A stretch of DNA of 64,000 bases from Harriotta raleighana. Its lineage: Eukaryota. The notes beneath the pieces were generated by a model. It worked only from the letters and a program-made list of their open reading frames with translations. It was not told the DNA's origin and did no database searches. Within the stretch, counting starts at the first letter, position 1. Each line of letters starts with the position of its first letter. The stretch is from positions 248,001 to 312,000 of the forward strand of contig JBNZDD010013491.1 of assembly GCA_050575255.1 (NCBI GenBank), written 5' to 3'. Positions 49,601-62,121 of this stretch are shown in pieces. A program made the translations under genes and the position numbers.

Positions 49601-52221
49601 TTTGCAAAAAGAATTGTTAATGCAGGTCCATGAAGAAATAATCTGCAAATTTATTTCTGGGAAATATTATAGCCAAATGTATGTTAGAATTGAATAAATC
49701 ATGAATGCTGTATTTCTGGTTCAGTTATCAGTGAAATAAATAATATAGTAATCCTTTGCTAAGTACTATTGCATAGTGGCAGCACCTACAGGCAGTTTCT
49801 GTTACCTCAACTTTTAAAAAATATATAATCAATATAATTTTATATAATTTGAACTGCTGGCTTAAAACAGGATTAGAAATACACTTTAAAATAATTGCAC
49901 TTTAATTGATAGATTTAATCACCTTTCCATTCCTAAACATTCTTCCTTTTATTCCACATTTTGATTCGAGAAAATTTATGGTCGTATGCTTAATGCAACA
50001 AAAATTCTAATGCGCCATGCCAAGAATTATTTCTATTAACTCAATGGAACCTAAAATTCACTAACATTAATATGAATGCTGTTCAGCCGTTTAAATGCAT
50101 CATTTTATTCAGAAGCGTTTAACAACCAACCAACAAAATATAATGAATATAATAATCCTTGCATTTGATAATGTTTTTCATGTCTTCTAGATGTCCCAAA
50201 GCACTTCACAGAATATACTGTAAAGTGAATTGACTGTATATTTCTGGGCAAAACACGGCAGCCAATTGCACACAGCAGTGTCCCACAAACAGTCGTGGAT
50301 TGAAATGACCAATTTATTATTGTTTTTTTCAGGGATTATTATTAGGCATGTGGAGTAAGGAAACTTGTACAAGGTTTTGTCCTGCCTGCAATCAAACCCA
50401 GGTCTCTCACTTGCAAGGTGAGTGCTTTAACCAATATAATGTAAAGTGAATTGACAGCAGTGTCCCACAAACAGTGACCAATAATGTAAAGTTCGAAACT
50501 AGAGGGGAACCAAGAGATATGTCAGACCCAATCTTGTGAGGTCTGAATTACTCAAAGATCCTTTTCAAGACTGGTCTGTTGAGGCCGCAAGCACTAAAAA
50601 CTCCTCAAATGCTGGTCAAACTAAACATGATTAATTCCTGGATTAAATCCTCGAGGAAATCAGAGGAGATTAATGCCTGCCAGTTTGGTTCACAAACCAT
50701 TAAATCTACTCTGGCTGTTTTGGTTGCAAGAACTACCAGATTGGGAAGAGGAGACAGGGCCCATTCAACTCGCATCACATCAATTTCCAAATGTTCAGGA
50801 AGCCCTCACATTCCCAATTCCAGCTGTAGTTCCAACATAAGTGTTTAAATCACTAATGGGGGCATCACCTGCTAAAATTTAAAAGAGGCAACTGAATTTA
50901 TAGATTTGCGAGACCAGGGTTTAGGTTCAAATTAAATTATAATAATCCTTGCATTTGATAGAGCGCCTTATCACATTGTTGAGGTGATTCAGACCTGCTT
51001 CACAAGTTTTGCAAAATAAAAAAAAATTGCTTTCATCCCAACCCCCTCGATTTTGCCTGATTTGTGCCTATTCCTGATGAGCCATGGAGGAGTTTCAGAG
51101 TCAAAAGTGTCAGAAACTGGTGCTATAAATATAACTGGTGTGTAACACATGACTACTGTAGAATGTACTGATTAAACCAGATTGTCATAACATTTATGGA
51201 CTCAGTAGATCATGAAACAGCAGCAGTCTTATCGATTGAAGGAGAGCGTTAAGGGCACAGAAATGGGCACGTTAACAGCAGAAAACTTTATTAGTCACAT
51301 AAATACTTACGTTTCTTATGCATTAAGTCTTGCTCAAAAAACATTCAAACAGGAATGGAAGAGCATTTCAGAAAATGATTCAATGGTGGGTTTAAGCATC
51401 AAAGTTAATGTTTAGATTCACATTGCCTTTTCTGTGGCTGAACTTGACCATCAGAAACACAGTGCTACACTTCTGCAGCCTGCTGATCTTGTGCTCCACA
51501 CACTGGCAAGAGAATCTGCTGAAAGATTGCAATCATCCACATTCTGAACTCAAAGATGAAGCTGTCGAAATCTGCTGAAATAGTACAATGCTTATCCAAC
51601 GCCTGAAGTCTATTTGGCTGTGCAAGTGTCTGAATGATAAGTCTACTTATGCCATTCTGCACATTAAATAGATTTTCTATTAAGTGACTTCTTATGATGG
51701 ACAGGAAATAAAACGTGCTTTTCAAATTAACAGCTAAAACAGGACTAGTCAAAAGGAGAAGGATTGTACACCCAATATAATGCTTGAAACTTAATTGAGT
51801 CTCTGCAGTAAATTATGCAGGATCCAGGATCATCGTTTAATGGGATATTTCAGTTAGGTTTTCATGAGGGAAAGCATTAGAAAAGAACTTGTATTATGAA
51901 GATCACACAGACACTGATCACATCTATTGCCCACAAATAGTCAATTCAATTTACAGTATATTCTGTGAAGCGCTTTGAGATGTCTCGAAGACATGAACTG
52001 TGCTACAGTATATCAAATGCAAGGATTATTATTCTTATCATCTATGCTTTTAATGTTGTTATTCTACAAAGCAATTTATCCACCAAATAATTATGTAATA
52101 GCTCCCCCGAGACTCGTTTACTTTACCGCAGAGATAGTCAGAACTTACCTAAGCTTTTCATCAGGTCCTCAAAATTCTTATTTTCGATCATCAACCAGGT
52201 GCCATTGTAATCTGCAGGCAT
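46570..52221 (-). CDS. RBP2: Cellular retinol-binding protein 2, whole gene (4 exons, 134 aa)
   Basis: complement(join(46570..46620,47819..47920,48349..48527,52149..52221)) = 405 nt. [37 protein letters not shown] are CRBP-II signatures; 73/179/102/51 exon pattern; position next to COPB2. Confidence 0.94.
47230..47400 (+). mobile_element. SINE 3' half, RBP2 intron 3
   Basis: Family body and tail. Confidence 0.8.
47819..47920 (-). CDS. RBP2: RBP2 exon 3
   Basis: [34 protein letters not shown], 102 nt. Confidence 0.95.
48349..48527 (-). CDS. RBP2: RBP2 exon 2
   Basis: [60 protein letters not shown], 179 nt. Confidence 0.95.
48710..49000 (+). mobile_element. Deu-type SINE interrupted by a younger SINE tail (48840-48950, -)
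   Basis: GTGGGTTCAAGCCCCAC...GAGGTGCCATCCTT [insert] ATCCTTCTGATAAGACATTAAACCGAGG; ATCCTT on both sides of the insert. Confidence 0.6.
50150..50435 (-). mobile_element. SINE, near full length, RBP2 intron 1
   Basis: Family sequence in reverse. Confidence 0.85.
52149..52221 (-). CDS. RBP2: RBP2 exon 1
   Basis: [24 protein letters not shown] |gtaagt, 73 nt. Confidence 0.92.
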
Positions 52222-52307
52222 TTTTCCTTGGGTCTTAGACAATACTCAAGGGAAAGAGATTCTATTCTGCAACAAGAGCGACTGAGACAATAACCCAAAC
52301 TCCCCAG

Positions 52308-52370
52308 TTTTATAATGGGCCTCCCTTGCATAACAGATATAGATCAAAGTTAGACATTGGAGTCATAAAA
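52308..52370 (-). promoter_or_regulatory. RBP2 proximal promoter (TATA box with adjacent motifs)
   Basis: minus-strand TATAAAA at 52314-52308, ~90 nt before the ATG; TTGCATAA, AGATCAAAGTTAG and GTCATAAAA just upstream. Confidence 0.65.
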
Positions 52371-54670
52371 GGAGAATATTACCCAAGACCTATTTGTCTG
52401 TGCTATATCCAGTAAATGCTTCTACCGCAGAATTTTGACACACTGCTCCAGAAGCCACACAGCTGAGATGTGAGCTGAGCAAACTCCTTTCAAAATAAAT
52501 GCTTATAAACATTAAATGAGTGAAAAGTAAATGTACATCTCAGAATGTGTTGGAATTTCAAATACAGTATTCAGATTTTTAAAAAAAAACGATGAACCTA
52601 CATCTCTTGAGCGCTTTTCACATTGGGAAGACATCCTAAGGCTCTGAAAGGTACATTACACTAGGAATGAATTAATCTCACTACCTCTCACTTCCATAGA
52701 GCAGCTCAGCAATATGGAAGATATTCGAAGGAAAAATTGCAGTAGTTGTGTATAGAGAATGCATGACTTGAAAACGTAGATGCATTTTATGAGTAAACCT
52801 GCCATTGAATACATTTAGGTCAATCAGGAACAGATCTGTCAACCTTTAAGTTTATTATAATTCAGGTACACGTCTTGAAAACTTATCAGCTTCTACAAGG
52901 TCAAATAAGACTTCAATGCGGTCAGTAAATCGTGATGCAGTTTCATTCAGAAACAAGTCTCTAATCTCTCAACCACATTCAAATTTGTGAATGTCAGCCA
53001 CAAAACTCCACAACGGGTAATTTAAATTGGGCAAACATCATTGCCAGAGAGTTGAGGTAATAACTATATTATTTATTTGACCTTTAACTCAACTCAGGAG
53101 GATTTGTTCAGCCTCAACTTCCATCATTTGCAAAGCGATTCATCTGCTCCATTTCCCAGTCTGAATATTAAGATGGAAGACTTCAATAAATTAAAATTAC
53201 AGTAATACAAAAGCACGTTCATATGGGAATTCTTTGGCTCTGTCATGTTTGAGGAGCTCTATCGAAACATTTAATCAAGGTATTGACTGCATTCTAAATA
53301 GCAATGGCAAACAAAATATAATGGGTTAGATAAACATATGACTATGTATGAAATGTCAACGCATCAAGCCATTTACTATCATACAGAAGTTGCATTTGAG
53401 GCAGAATATATTTCAATATGTAATATGTAAAGAGAAAGAGTGCTGCAGTGAATCATTGTTCAGCTTCATTTTTTTTTAAGCACACAAATCATCAGCACTC
53501 CATATCAGTTAGCATCTGCGCATATAAAACCAACTTTCTATGTTCACCAATAGTTCACTCTGCTTAAAAGAGAGAGACAATACAAAGCCCACAGTGTGGT
53601 GCTTGATGAATATCTACATTTTTATGCTCCACGAGTCTTTGCACCAGACATATGTGCCTGCAAAACACGAGTTTAAGCATACAGCACTTTCCTATTGAGC
53701 AAACAAAGGTCATCCAGCATGCTTGCCCAGATGGATTTAGGTTTAATGCTACAAATTTTCTGCAGAACTGTATTATTACTGTGGCACTGCTACAGTGACA
53801 TTTGCAGCACAGCTGGACAGAGTCCAAAGCTGTGCATCATACAGATATTGCAATGCAATAATCCTGTTCCATCCCTATGGTTGGATATTAAAATAATGGT
53901 TTGCTTCTGGATTACAACTAACGTAAGGGTCACGAACTTGGTGTTGCAGCAACAGGAATTAATAAAAATCTGCTCATAAATGACTTGTACGTGCTAGGAT
54001 TTCTCAACTCAGCAGTCACGTAACTAATTAAAAAAGGTGAGGTACAAGTCAGCCTTTCATAAGGTGCCTACAGTAATCTCAAAGATATACTCTTAGCAAA
54101 CTACAGGTATTAATGCACTTAAACAAGTAACAGTAGCTGCAATTAATTAATTCCTCATCTACTGAAAAAGTGTAATTAGTGTATTTTCACTGACTTGGAT
54201 ACACTCAATGATAAGAGGCTTAACTTTCTTTTAAAAAAATCACTGTGTTGCAATATTTAAATTCTCCATGGCCATAAAGGCGGAGGAAGGTGAAGGAGCA
54301 AAGTGAACCACATTGAGAAATGATGATGGTTACATGTACAACGTGGCAGATAGTTAATGATTTGTTTGATCTAGATTGGCAGAAGTAAGTGCAATTTACG
54401 TCACAGTATAAACCTGCATGCTCATAGTGAAGCGCAAGAGCAAAAAAAAGCTTTACAGATCTGATTCAATTTAGCTTTCAATTAAGTAATTAATGTTGAC
54501 ACAGGTTTTAGAAATTAGAACAAGAATTTAATTTTTGTAACATCATATGACCATATGACAATCTTCACTGATCTGAAAGTTTTCTTTGTCTTGATTAATC
54601 TGTTTGAGGCCACAGAAGTCATCCAACTTGAGCCAATTTCTCGCTGGCTTTTATACTGCAATGAAGTTCA

Positions 54671-54724
54671 TCAATGGACTTTCTTAAATACTTGCTTACA
54701 TTTTACGCCTTCAGCCCGCATTTC
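54671..54724 (-). CDS. RBP1: RBP1 exon 4
   Basis: ctccag| [17 protein letters not shown]. Confidence 0.94.
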   Translation of the reverse strand, partial: EMRAEGVKCKQVFKKVH

Positions 54725-57700
54725 CTGGAGAGATAGTGGGGGGGCAAAGAAAGAAATGGCTGAATTATTGTTTTAAATGTGAATGATCTGCAAAATAGTC
54801 TAGATTACACATTTTATAGTAATAAAAGTATTTCATTTTCATCCAGGACACACTGGTGTGGTGTTGTGTCAAACAAACCAGAAGGTTTGAGTTTTGAAGG
54901 CAAATCTGTGATGAATCAGATACAGTATTAAGAAGCAGAATTATAATCAGCTCTCCGGTGTACTTTCCCATATTAACTGAACAGTGTACTTGATTAACAA
55001 AGCATTGTTCATACAGTAGTTTTAAAGTCACATTTAGAGTTAAAGAGAGGTTTTCAAAAATATATTCCCATTGCATTTATCTCTGATTTGACATGCACCC
55101 ATTATACCACCAGTACCTAATTTCTGAATGTGATAATTTGGGCTGAAATAAAGACTCCGTGATTTCACCAGTGATTGAGATAAGAGGCCAACTTGCAGTC
55201 ATAAGTTCTTTCAACCAAATTGGAAACAAAAAAAAGCAGCTAAGAAATACTAACTTTCATCTTTTCCCATGCAATTTAGCTAGCTGCTCAGAATGTGTGC
55301 CAGATGATATAGTTTGACTTGCCTTCTATAAACTTTCAACTCAGAAAAACATTTGTAGGGCAGTGTGTATAGTGCAGTGTAAATACTTGTGTTGTAAGCT
55401 ATATTTAACTTTAACCCAAATACAATTCATCAGTTTAAAGGTCTAATGAAGTTTGCTGGATTCTGTTATGAATTTTTACTTTTCTCACAAAAGAAAATCT
55501 AATCCGAGTAATCCTGATTTGTAGATTAAGCAGGAAGAACAATGACTTGTCCATCTCCGATACCACCTGATTTCTGATGACTCAAATCAAACTTTGCAAA
55601 GGAGCTGAGACTAATCTTATGAGCTCGGCTGACTGCTTAAATCAATGCAAACTGCTCTTCATGCCAATCACAATATCCTGTTTTTATGAACGTACAATAA
55701 TTTAATCTTTCAATTATATCAATCATGATCAAGCATCATCATTAATCCCACTAAAAAAATCTGTTTATTTTTAAAAAGTAGACTTTTTCAATATGGGACA
55801 AGAAGTCTATGAACTTTGCTCGCACTCATATTTATAATAATAATAATCCTTGCCTTTGATATAGCCCTTTTCACTTCTTATCGACGTCTCAAAGTACTAC
55901 ACAGAATGTACTGTAAAGTGACTTGACTGTATATTTGTGCGCGAATCGCAGCAGTCAAATGCGTACAGCAGTTTCCCACAAACAGTTGTGGAGTGAAAAT
56001 GACCTTTTTTTTATTATTGGGGGTTTTTTTGAACTGATTATGTGTGTGGAGTGAAGAAACTTGTCCAAGCTTTCACTCTGATCTGCCTGGATTCGAACAC
56101 AAGTCTCACGCTTGTAAGGAGAGTGCTCTAACCACTGAGCTACAGGAGCTCTACCAGCAACTTTTGTACATCTAGTTAGCTGTTAGAAAGGTACGTCAGA
56201 TAATTCAGCTCAGTGAAATACTCCAATAAGCACCTGCTTTCTAAACCATCCTTTCAAAACCTTTTTGTTTAAGTGTTTAAATGTTTAACAAACTCCAAAT
56301 TTATTTTGCCAGAACCTTGCAACAAAGAAACAAAATGCTCCCTAATCAGTCATTGGCAATATAATGCACACAAAACAATATCACATAAAGACTAAAGCAA
56401 GTACTGTACTCAGCACACAAAGTACATGTCAAAGAAAGTAGCACAAGAACCACACCAGGTGTAGTTCATCCCCATCTATCCAGTGAGTCCACCCTCGGCC
56501 CTCTTTCTCTCCTTCTTGCACGCATACAAGTTTGTCCCCATCCCAGCTCACAGTGGTCTAGAAGAAAATAGAAAAAGAAAAATAATTGGATTTTATTTGG
56601 GTACAAAACTACAAAAAGCATTAGATTTTAAAAATCTGATTTCACTCCGATTTGACAGATTGCCATATGAGGCATTTCCGAATTATTCTAAGCTATTTCC
56701 TAGAGATTGCTGGCTACAGACACTTACTCAAAATGTATTGGTTTCACCCAAGTTCTTCAAAACACAATGCTATAGAACCTAAGGAGCAGGGCCAAATTAC
56801 ACAAGTAATTATCACCTCACAGAAAACATTTGAAGAAGGCCTTTCCTTCAGCTCACTTGATCTCAAACTTCCAGATTACCCATTCTATCTTCAACCATCC
56901 GTAGTCATTTACTCTCGGTGTAAAGAAATACATCCTGGTGTATATTCCGAACTGGTCTTTCACACCTCTGAATGGCTGCCCTCCTGTAGTATAGGAGTTA
57001 GACAAAGAGTATCAGATTGGAAGCATTAGAGTCAAAGACATAGTCTTCTTTTAAGGCTAGTAGTCAACTGAAGGAATACCCTGAATGCAAACTTATTCTC
57101 CAGTGCAAACACTAAAGTGAATTTAGCTAGAGTCAACTCACTTTCTGGTGGATTTATTGCCACATAACAAAAACTTGCTATTCAGCAGTAACTCTCAGTA
57201 AGAGCAAACGGTGGGGCAAAAGTGCCATTCTTATATAGCACTTTAAGTTTGGGTTCAAGGTAAATTACTGTACTTTACTTTAACATTATTGCACAAGGAA
57301 AGGTAAAGAAATCCACCAAAACGACCAGTTAGACCTAAATTATACCTCAGGGTTGTGTTAAAATAGAATCTCTATTAAAGTGGCACAAGGAAACATTGAG
57401 TTATACAATCATCTTTATAACAGATTTTAGATATATTATCTATACACAATATATTATTTATAGCAGACGACTGGTGTGTATGTGCACAAGCACAGAGCCC
57501 CACTAACTACTAAATAGTAAAGAGAAGGCAATACTAACATTAAAAATATAAGGTTAATGCAACAGATCACCTTCCAGCATGAGCAAGTTTTGTTTTTCTG
57601 TTTCACCAGATAACAATTCCCACAGGAGTCTGGAAACAATCTCCCTGAGAAGCTGGCTCTCCGAGCAAGCACAAGTTCAGAGTTCAGCAGTTATTTTTTA

Positions 57701-58899
57701 TATAAAAAAAGAATTAAATGGATGTTTCACAATATATAAAAGAACATGGGGGAGCAAGCCAAGGTTTGGCGATTGGTAATTCAGTAATGGGAGTGGGAGG
57801 AAAACAAAAGTTCTCTCCAACCAGATTTGCAAAACTTACACGGAAAGACTCTGCAACACAAAAATACATTCNAAAGACGCGACAAGATACTATATTAAAT
57901 GCAAGAGATTATTATTATTAGGCAGCAGTTTCTGACACATACTTTAACTCCTTTCCCCACGTGCCCGATTCTCTCTCTTGCTCCCTAGTCTTTGCTATAC
58001 AAATGTAATTTTGTTGATGTTGTTATATCTAACTNCATCATTATGTTCTAAGTATTATTACTATTTCCTATGGTCTCCAAACTCACAAGGCTCCCAACGC
58101 TGTTTGTTCAATGATCAATGTGGTGGATGGGGGAAGGGATGAGGGAGAGAAATGATCACCAAACCCATGTGAGCACCCAACCTCCCCATTCCCTCCCCCC
58201 TTACGGTAACTGGAATCAACCCATCATCGCCTCTGGACGAGATGCTTGCTCTTGTGTGTGATTACCTTACACAGGCGGTCATCTATCCCCTTCAAATCCT
58301 CCTGAAACTCCTTGCCGACGTCGAACTCCATGATGTAGTTTCTGAGGCTGCTGATGGTTTTAATGACCAGGCGATCTCCATTCTGAGAAATGTCTTTGTC
58401 GGGTTTCAGTAACACTGCGATTTTACGCAAAGCAATATTCACATCTGAATAGGAGAGGGTGGGGGTGGGGAGAGGAGGGAAAGGGGGCAAGGGGAGAGAG
58501 AGAGAGAGAGAGAGAAACAACTTGTGAAATAATAAAATAGTTATTAGTAAAAGAGCATTAGTAAAGCAGTAAAATAATAATAAATATTAGTAACATCAGC
58601 TTTACGGCACAAAGTAACTCAATAAACCAGATTTTTTTTTTCTCCCTTTGGTACAGCGGTTGGATGTGAAATCATTGTTTTTTTTTAAAAAAAGAATAAT
58701 TAGTACGATTTTGGGATAATTTAGAAAAACAAGTTTGGGAAAAAAAAACGTGTTGTTACCTTCACAAAGTGCTAAAACTGCCAAATCGTTCAGAGCTGAA
58801 GCCACACTAAAGAGAGTGACACTTACCCAGTGCCTTGAGGTACTCCTCAAAGTTTTCATTCGATTGCATTCTCCAGTATCCACTGTAGTCTCTTGGCAT
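54671..58899 (-). CDS. RBP1: Cellular retinol-binding protein 1, whole gene (4 exons, 135 aa)
   Basis: complement(join(54671..54724,56456..56557,58266..58444,58827..58899)) = 408 nt. [62 protein letters not shown] are CRBP-I signatures; tandem with RBP2. Confidence 0.92.
55833..56148 (-). mobile_element. SINE, full length, RBP1 intron 3
   Basis: Family sequence in reverse with intact A and B boxes. Confidence 0.85.
56456..56557 (-). CDS. RBP1: RBP1 exon 3
   Basis: [34 protein letters not shown], 102 nt. Confidence 0.95.
57873..58034. other. Probable assembly artefact: N-bounded copy of 59836-59997
   Basis: Appears identical, bounded by N at 57872 and 58035. Confidence 0.8.
58266..58444 (-). 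CDS. RBP1: RBP1 exon 2
   Basis: [60 protein letters not shown], 179 nt. Confidence 0.95.
58827..58899 (-). CDS. RBP1: RBP1 exon 1
   Basis: [24 protein letters not shown] |gtaagt, 73 nt. Confidence 0.93.
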
Positions 58900-61167
58900 T
58901 TTTAACTTGGAACTCAACTTGTCCAACTTTCTCCTCCAAAGAAATGTGAGAAGCTGTAACTTGAGAGCGACCCCGACAGACTGTGCTCGACACCCAAATC
59001 CTCCAAAACACCCAGACAGCCTCTCCAACTCTCTTTATCTTGGCTGGTGGTTATGATGCGAGTGAGCCCTTTAATCCTATTAATTGAAGAATGCTGCATT
59101 GAGTTTTCAACACAAGACGAGCTTGGAAATCCCTTTAGCTGAAATCAAGGCTGCTTATTAAATAACACGGCTTGTTCAAACATCTTCATTGTCCCAATCC
59201 CATTTGAGTTCATGCAAGCTGTAAATGCAAGCTAAATGTTCCCCTTTCTTTCCTCAACATGAACACAATTGATAGATTCATAGAATCCTGAATGGTTTAT
59301 TACCAGGATTCCTTGCTTGTGTATAATTTTTTAATCAGCTGCCATATATTGTACAAAAATATATTATTCGTTAATATAGAGATATTTATTATTATTATCT
59401 TGCCACAGCTTCATTTCAGATTGTGTTAATCAAGAAAAACTGGGAGAAGGTTCCACTCAATATATTATTGACAGTTGTCAATCATTATAACCAGGCTAAG
59501 ATGGGTGCTAAATACCTTCCTTCTGTTTTATTTATCAGGAGGAAAGGGATCCAGTCAATGCGATCTCAAGAACTACCAACAACACTTTTTTTTAATCATA
59601 ACCACAACTTTCATCTATATAGCGCCCTTCACACCGGACAGCGTCTCAGAGAGCTATACTCCATTCTCCGTTATTCTTCAAATGAAACTCTACAAACAGA
59701 ACATTAGTGCAGGAAGCAATCTTGCACGATAAGAATTACTGAGCCTCAATAAAAAGATACCGTTCCACAGAAACCCACAAAATATACAATCGATTCACTT
59801 GTCTGTATATTGTGTGAAGCGTTTTGAGATGTTTCAAAGACGCGACAAGATACTATATTAAATGCAAGAGATTATTATTATTAGGCAGCAGTTTCTGACA
59901 CATACTTTAACTCCTTTCCCCACGTGCCCGATTCTCTCTCTTGCTCCCTAGTCTTTGCTATACAAATGTAATTTTGTTGATGTTGTTATATCTAACTTGT
60001 TCCGTATTTTGAGGAGACAAGCGCGTCTTGGTTTCTGTCCATGTTCCGACTTTCCTACGCTGCGTTCCCTATCTGAGTATGCTGCCATCCTCCTTTCAGT
60101 TCCCTCATCCAGAATGTGATGTGACACTTCTCTTAAAAAGGCCTTATGTCTACATTCACTTCACATTTTTGTTGTGATATTTCACATTTCCTTCGTATTT
60201 CAGTTCTTCATATTCACTTTACTTATTATTGCCTCACACTTGCTTCACATTTCAGTACTTCACATTTTGGTGAGTCACATTCACTTCATAGTTTACAATA
60301 CTTACCTCAACAACAACAACAATTTTGATTTATATAGCGTCCTCCACGCCGGACGGCGTCTCAAAGCGCTTCTCACAGGCAGTCTCACTACTTAGGCCTC
60401 CAGTTGCTTGCCAGCTGGAAACCATTCCCTCACCTTGGCTGCATCACAATCTTCAGCCATATCGCACACTTACCCCCTGTTCATCTGTTACTTTGCTATC
60501 ACAGATGGGATAATGGAATGTTTAAAACCAAGAACCTCGCAGCTCGGCACATTAGTTTACAATTACAGAATAATTCATAATCCTTCATAAAACTTATTCA
60601 GTATCTATTAGTGACTTATGACTGAAATCAAATTCATGCACAGTTTCTAAGTGCAAGATGAACAAGGCTATCACAGATGAGGAATGGGAGTCCCTACACT
60701 GGATTCCAATCCCCCAAATGACCTAAAGTGGATCCATTAATTGGATTGCATTAACTTACTGAAAAAGCCCAATTTAGGTCAAGGCTACCTAGCTTTTTAA
60801 TACATAAAATATATATTGTCATCCATGCACGATTGCCACCATTGACGCTGACACTGCTATAACTCTCCTTAATATCCTGAAAACTGCTTATTGAGAAAAT
60901 GGCAAATGTGTCTTTAATTATGATGATAAATGTGGTTTTATACATGTATAAATTGATTACCCACCGATGTAGAGGTTGGGCAGGTGTCATTCCTGAGGAT
61001 ATTGGAGAGATGTACGCAGACATTTATCCCAGGTAGTTTAGGGAGGTGACCTTGCAATGATGATGCATTTAATATCTCAGGTCTGATAGTAGATGGAACA
61101 AAGAGGCCACACAGCAACACATTTCAAATTGAAGAAACTCTACACTGTAATAGTTTGATAATAATAA

Positions 61168-61352
61168 TATAATAATCCTTACATTTGATATAGTGCTTTT
61201 CACATCTTATAAATGTCTCACAGAATGTACTGTAAAGTGCATTGACTGAATATTTGTGGGCGAAATGCGGCAGCTAATTGCGCTCAGCAGTCCCACAAAC
61301 AGTCGTGGATTGAAATGATCAATTTTATTATTGTTTTTTTTTGGAGGGATTA
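61168..61352 (-). mobile_element. SINE 3' half
   Basis: Family sequence in reverse. Confidence 0.75.
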
Positions 61353-62121
61353 CTTGTTATGTGATTTTGATGACATAACAAGGGAGCTAAGCTATGTATG
61401 TCACACCGCAACACATTCTTCTGAGAAAATACTCCATATTGGTCCTCAGTATTGTTTAATTATGCTTCCATGGTATCCCTTTACAAACCTTAGCGTCTTC
61501 TCTTCATTGTGTCAGATGGTTGTTTCTCAAATTTGGACCAAATCACATCTGCCTTAGCCTTGTCGACAAATTACTTTTCCTTATGGGACAAGGGCTGGAA
61601 TTTCAGTTGCGCTTCCAATGTTTCGATCATGTTGGTGGTTACAAGAATTTGGTGTGGGTGTCCCAGAAGTATGTCTTAGGCAATAAATATTGCCCCCCTA
61701 TTATTGAACATGGCTAAGGGTACACTGCAGATAAGGATGGGGAGAAAATAATTTATAAGCAGTAAATAAGTATACTTTAACGTAAACGAATGCTGTAATG
61801 TTTACACAGCTAACACATTGGAACTCGTGAAACTGTGAATAAGCATTTTATTGAATTCACACATCCACTAATGTGTGAAAAGATACTTTCCATTTTCTGC
61901 ATAATGTTTCAAGAAAAATCTGAAGCTAGGGTCACTATCAACAGCATGATTTGGTCTGTGATTAACCATAGTTTCAAATATCAGTGAATACTGACTTATT
62001 GTCTTGAATCAAACTATAACTGATGGAAATTGATTTGTAAACACACATTTCTTTTGGAAAAACATTTTGTCAATTGATACACCTGTCTAAATGCTGGCCA
62101 TTACTGTTTATTCTCAAAACA

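Noticed and set aside
58900-59028. N-terminally extended RBP1 isoform suggested by the ORF track
   Set aside because: The extension starts at TTG, not ATG; the ATG at 58899 has a good context (AAAATGC) and gives the standard 73-nt coding exon.
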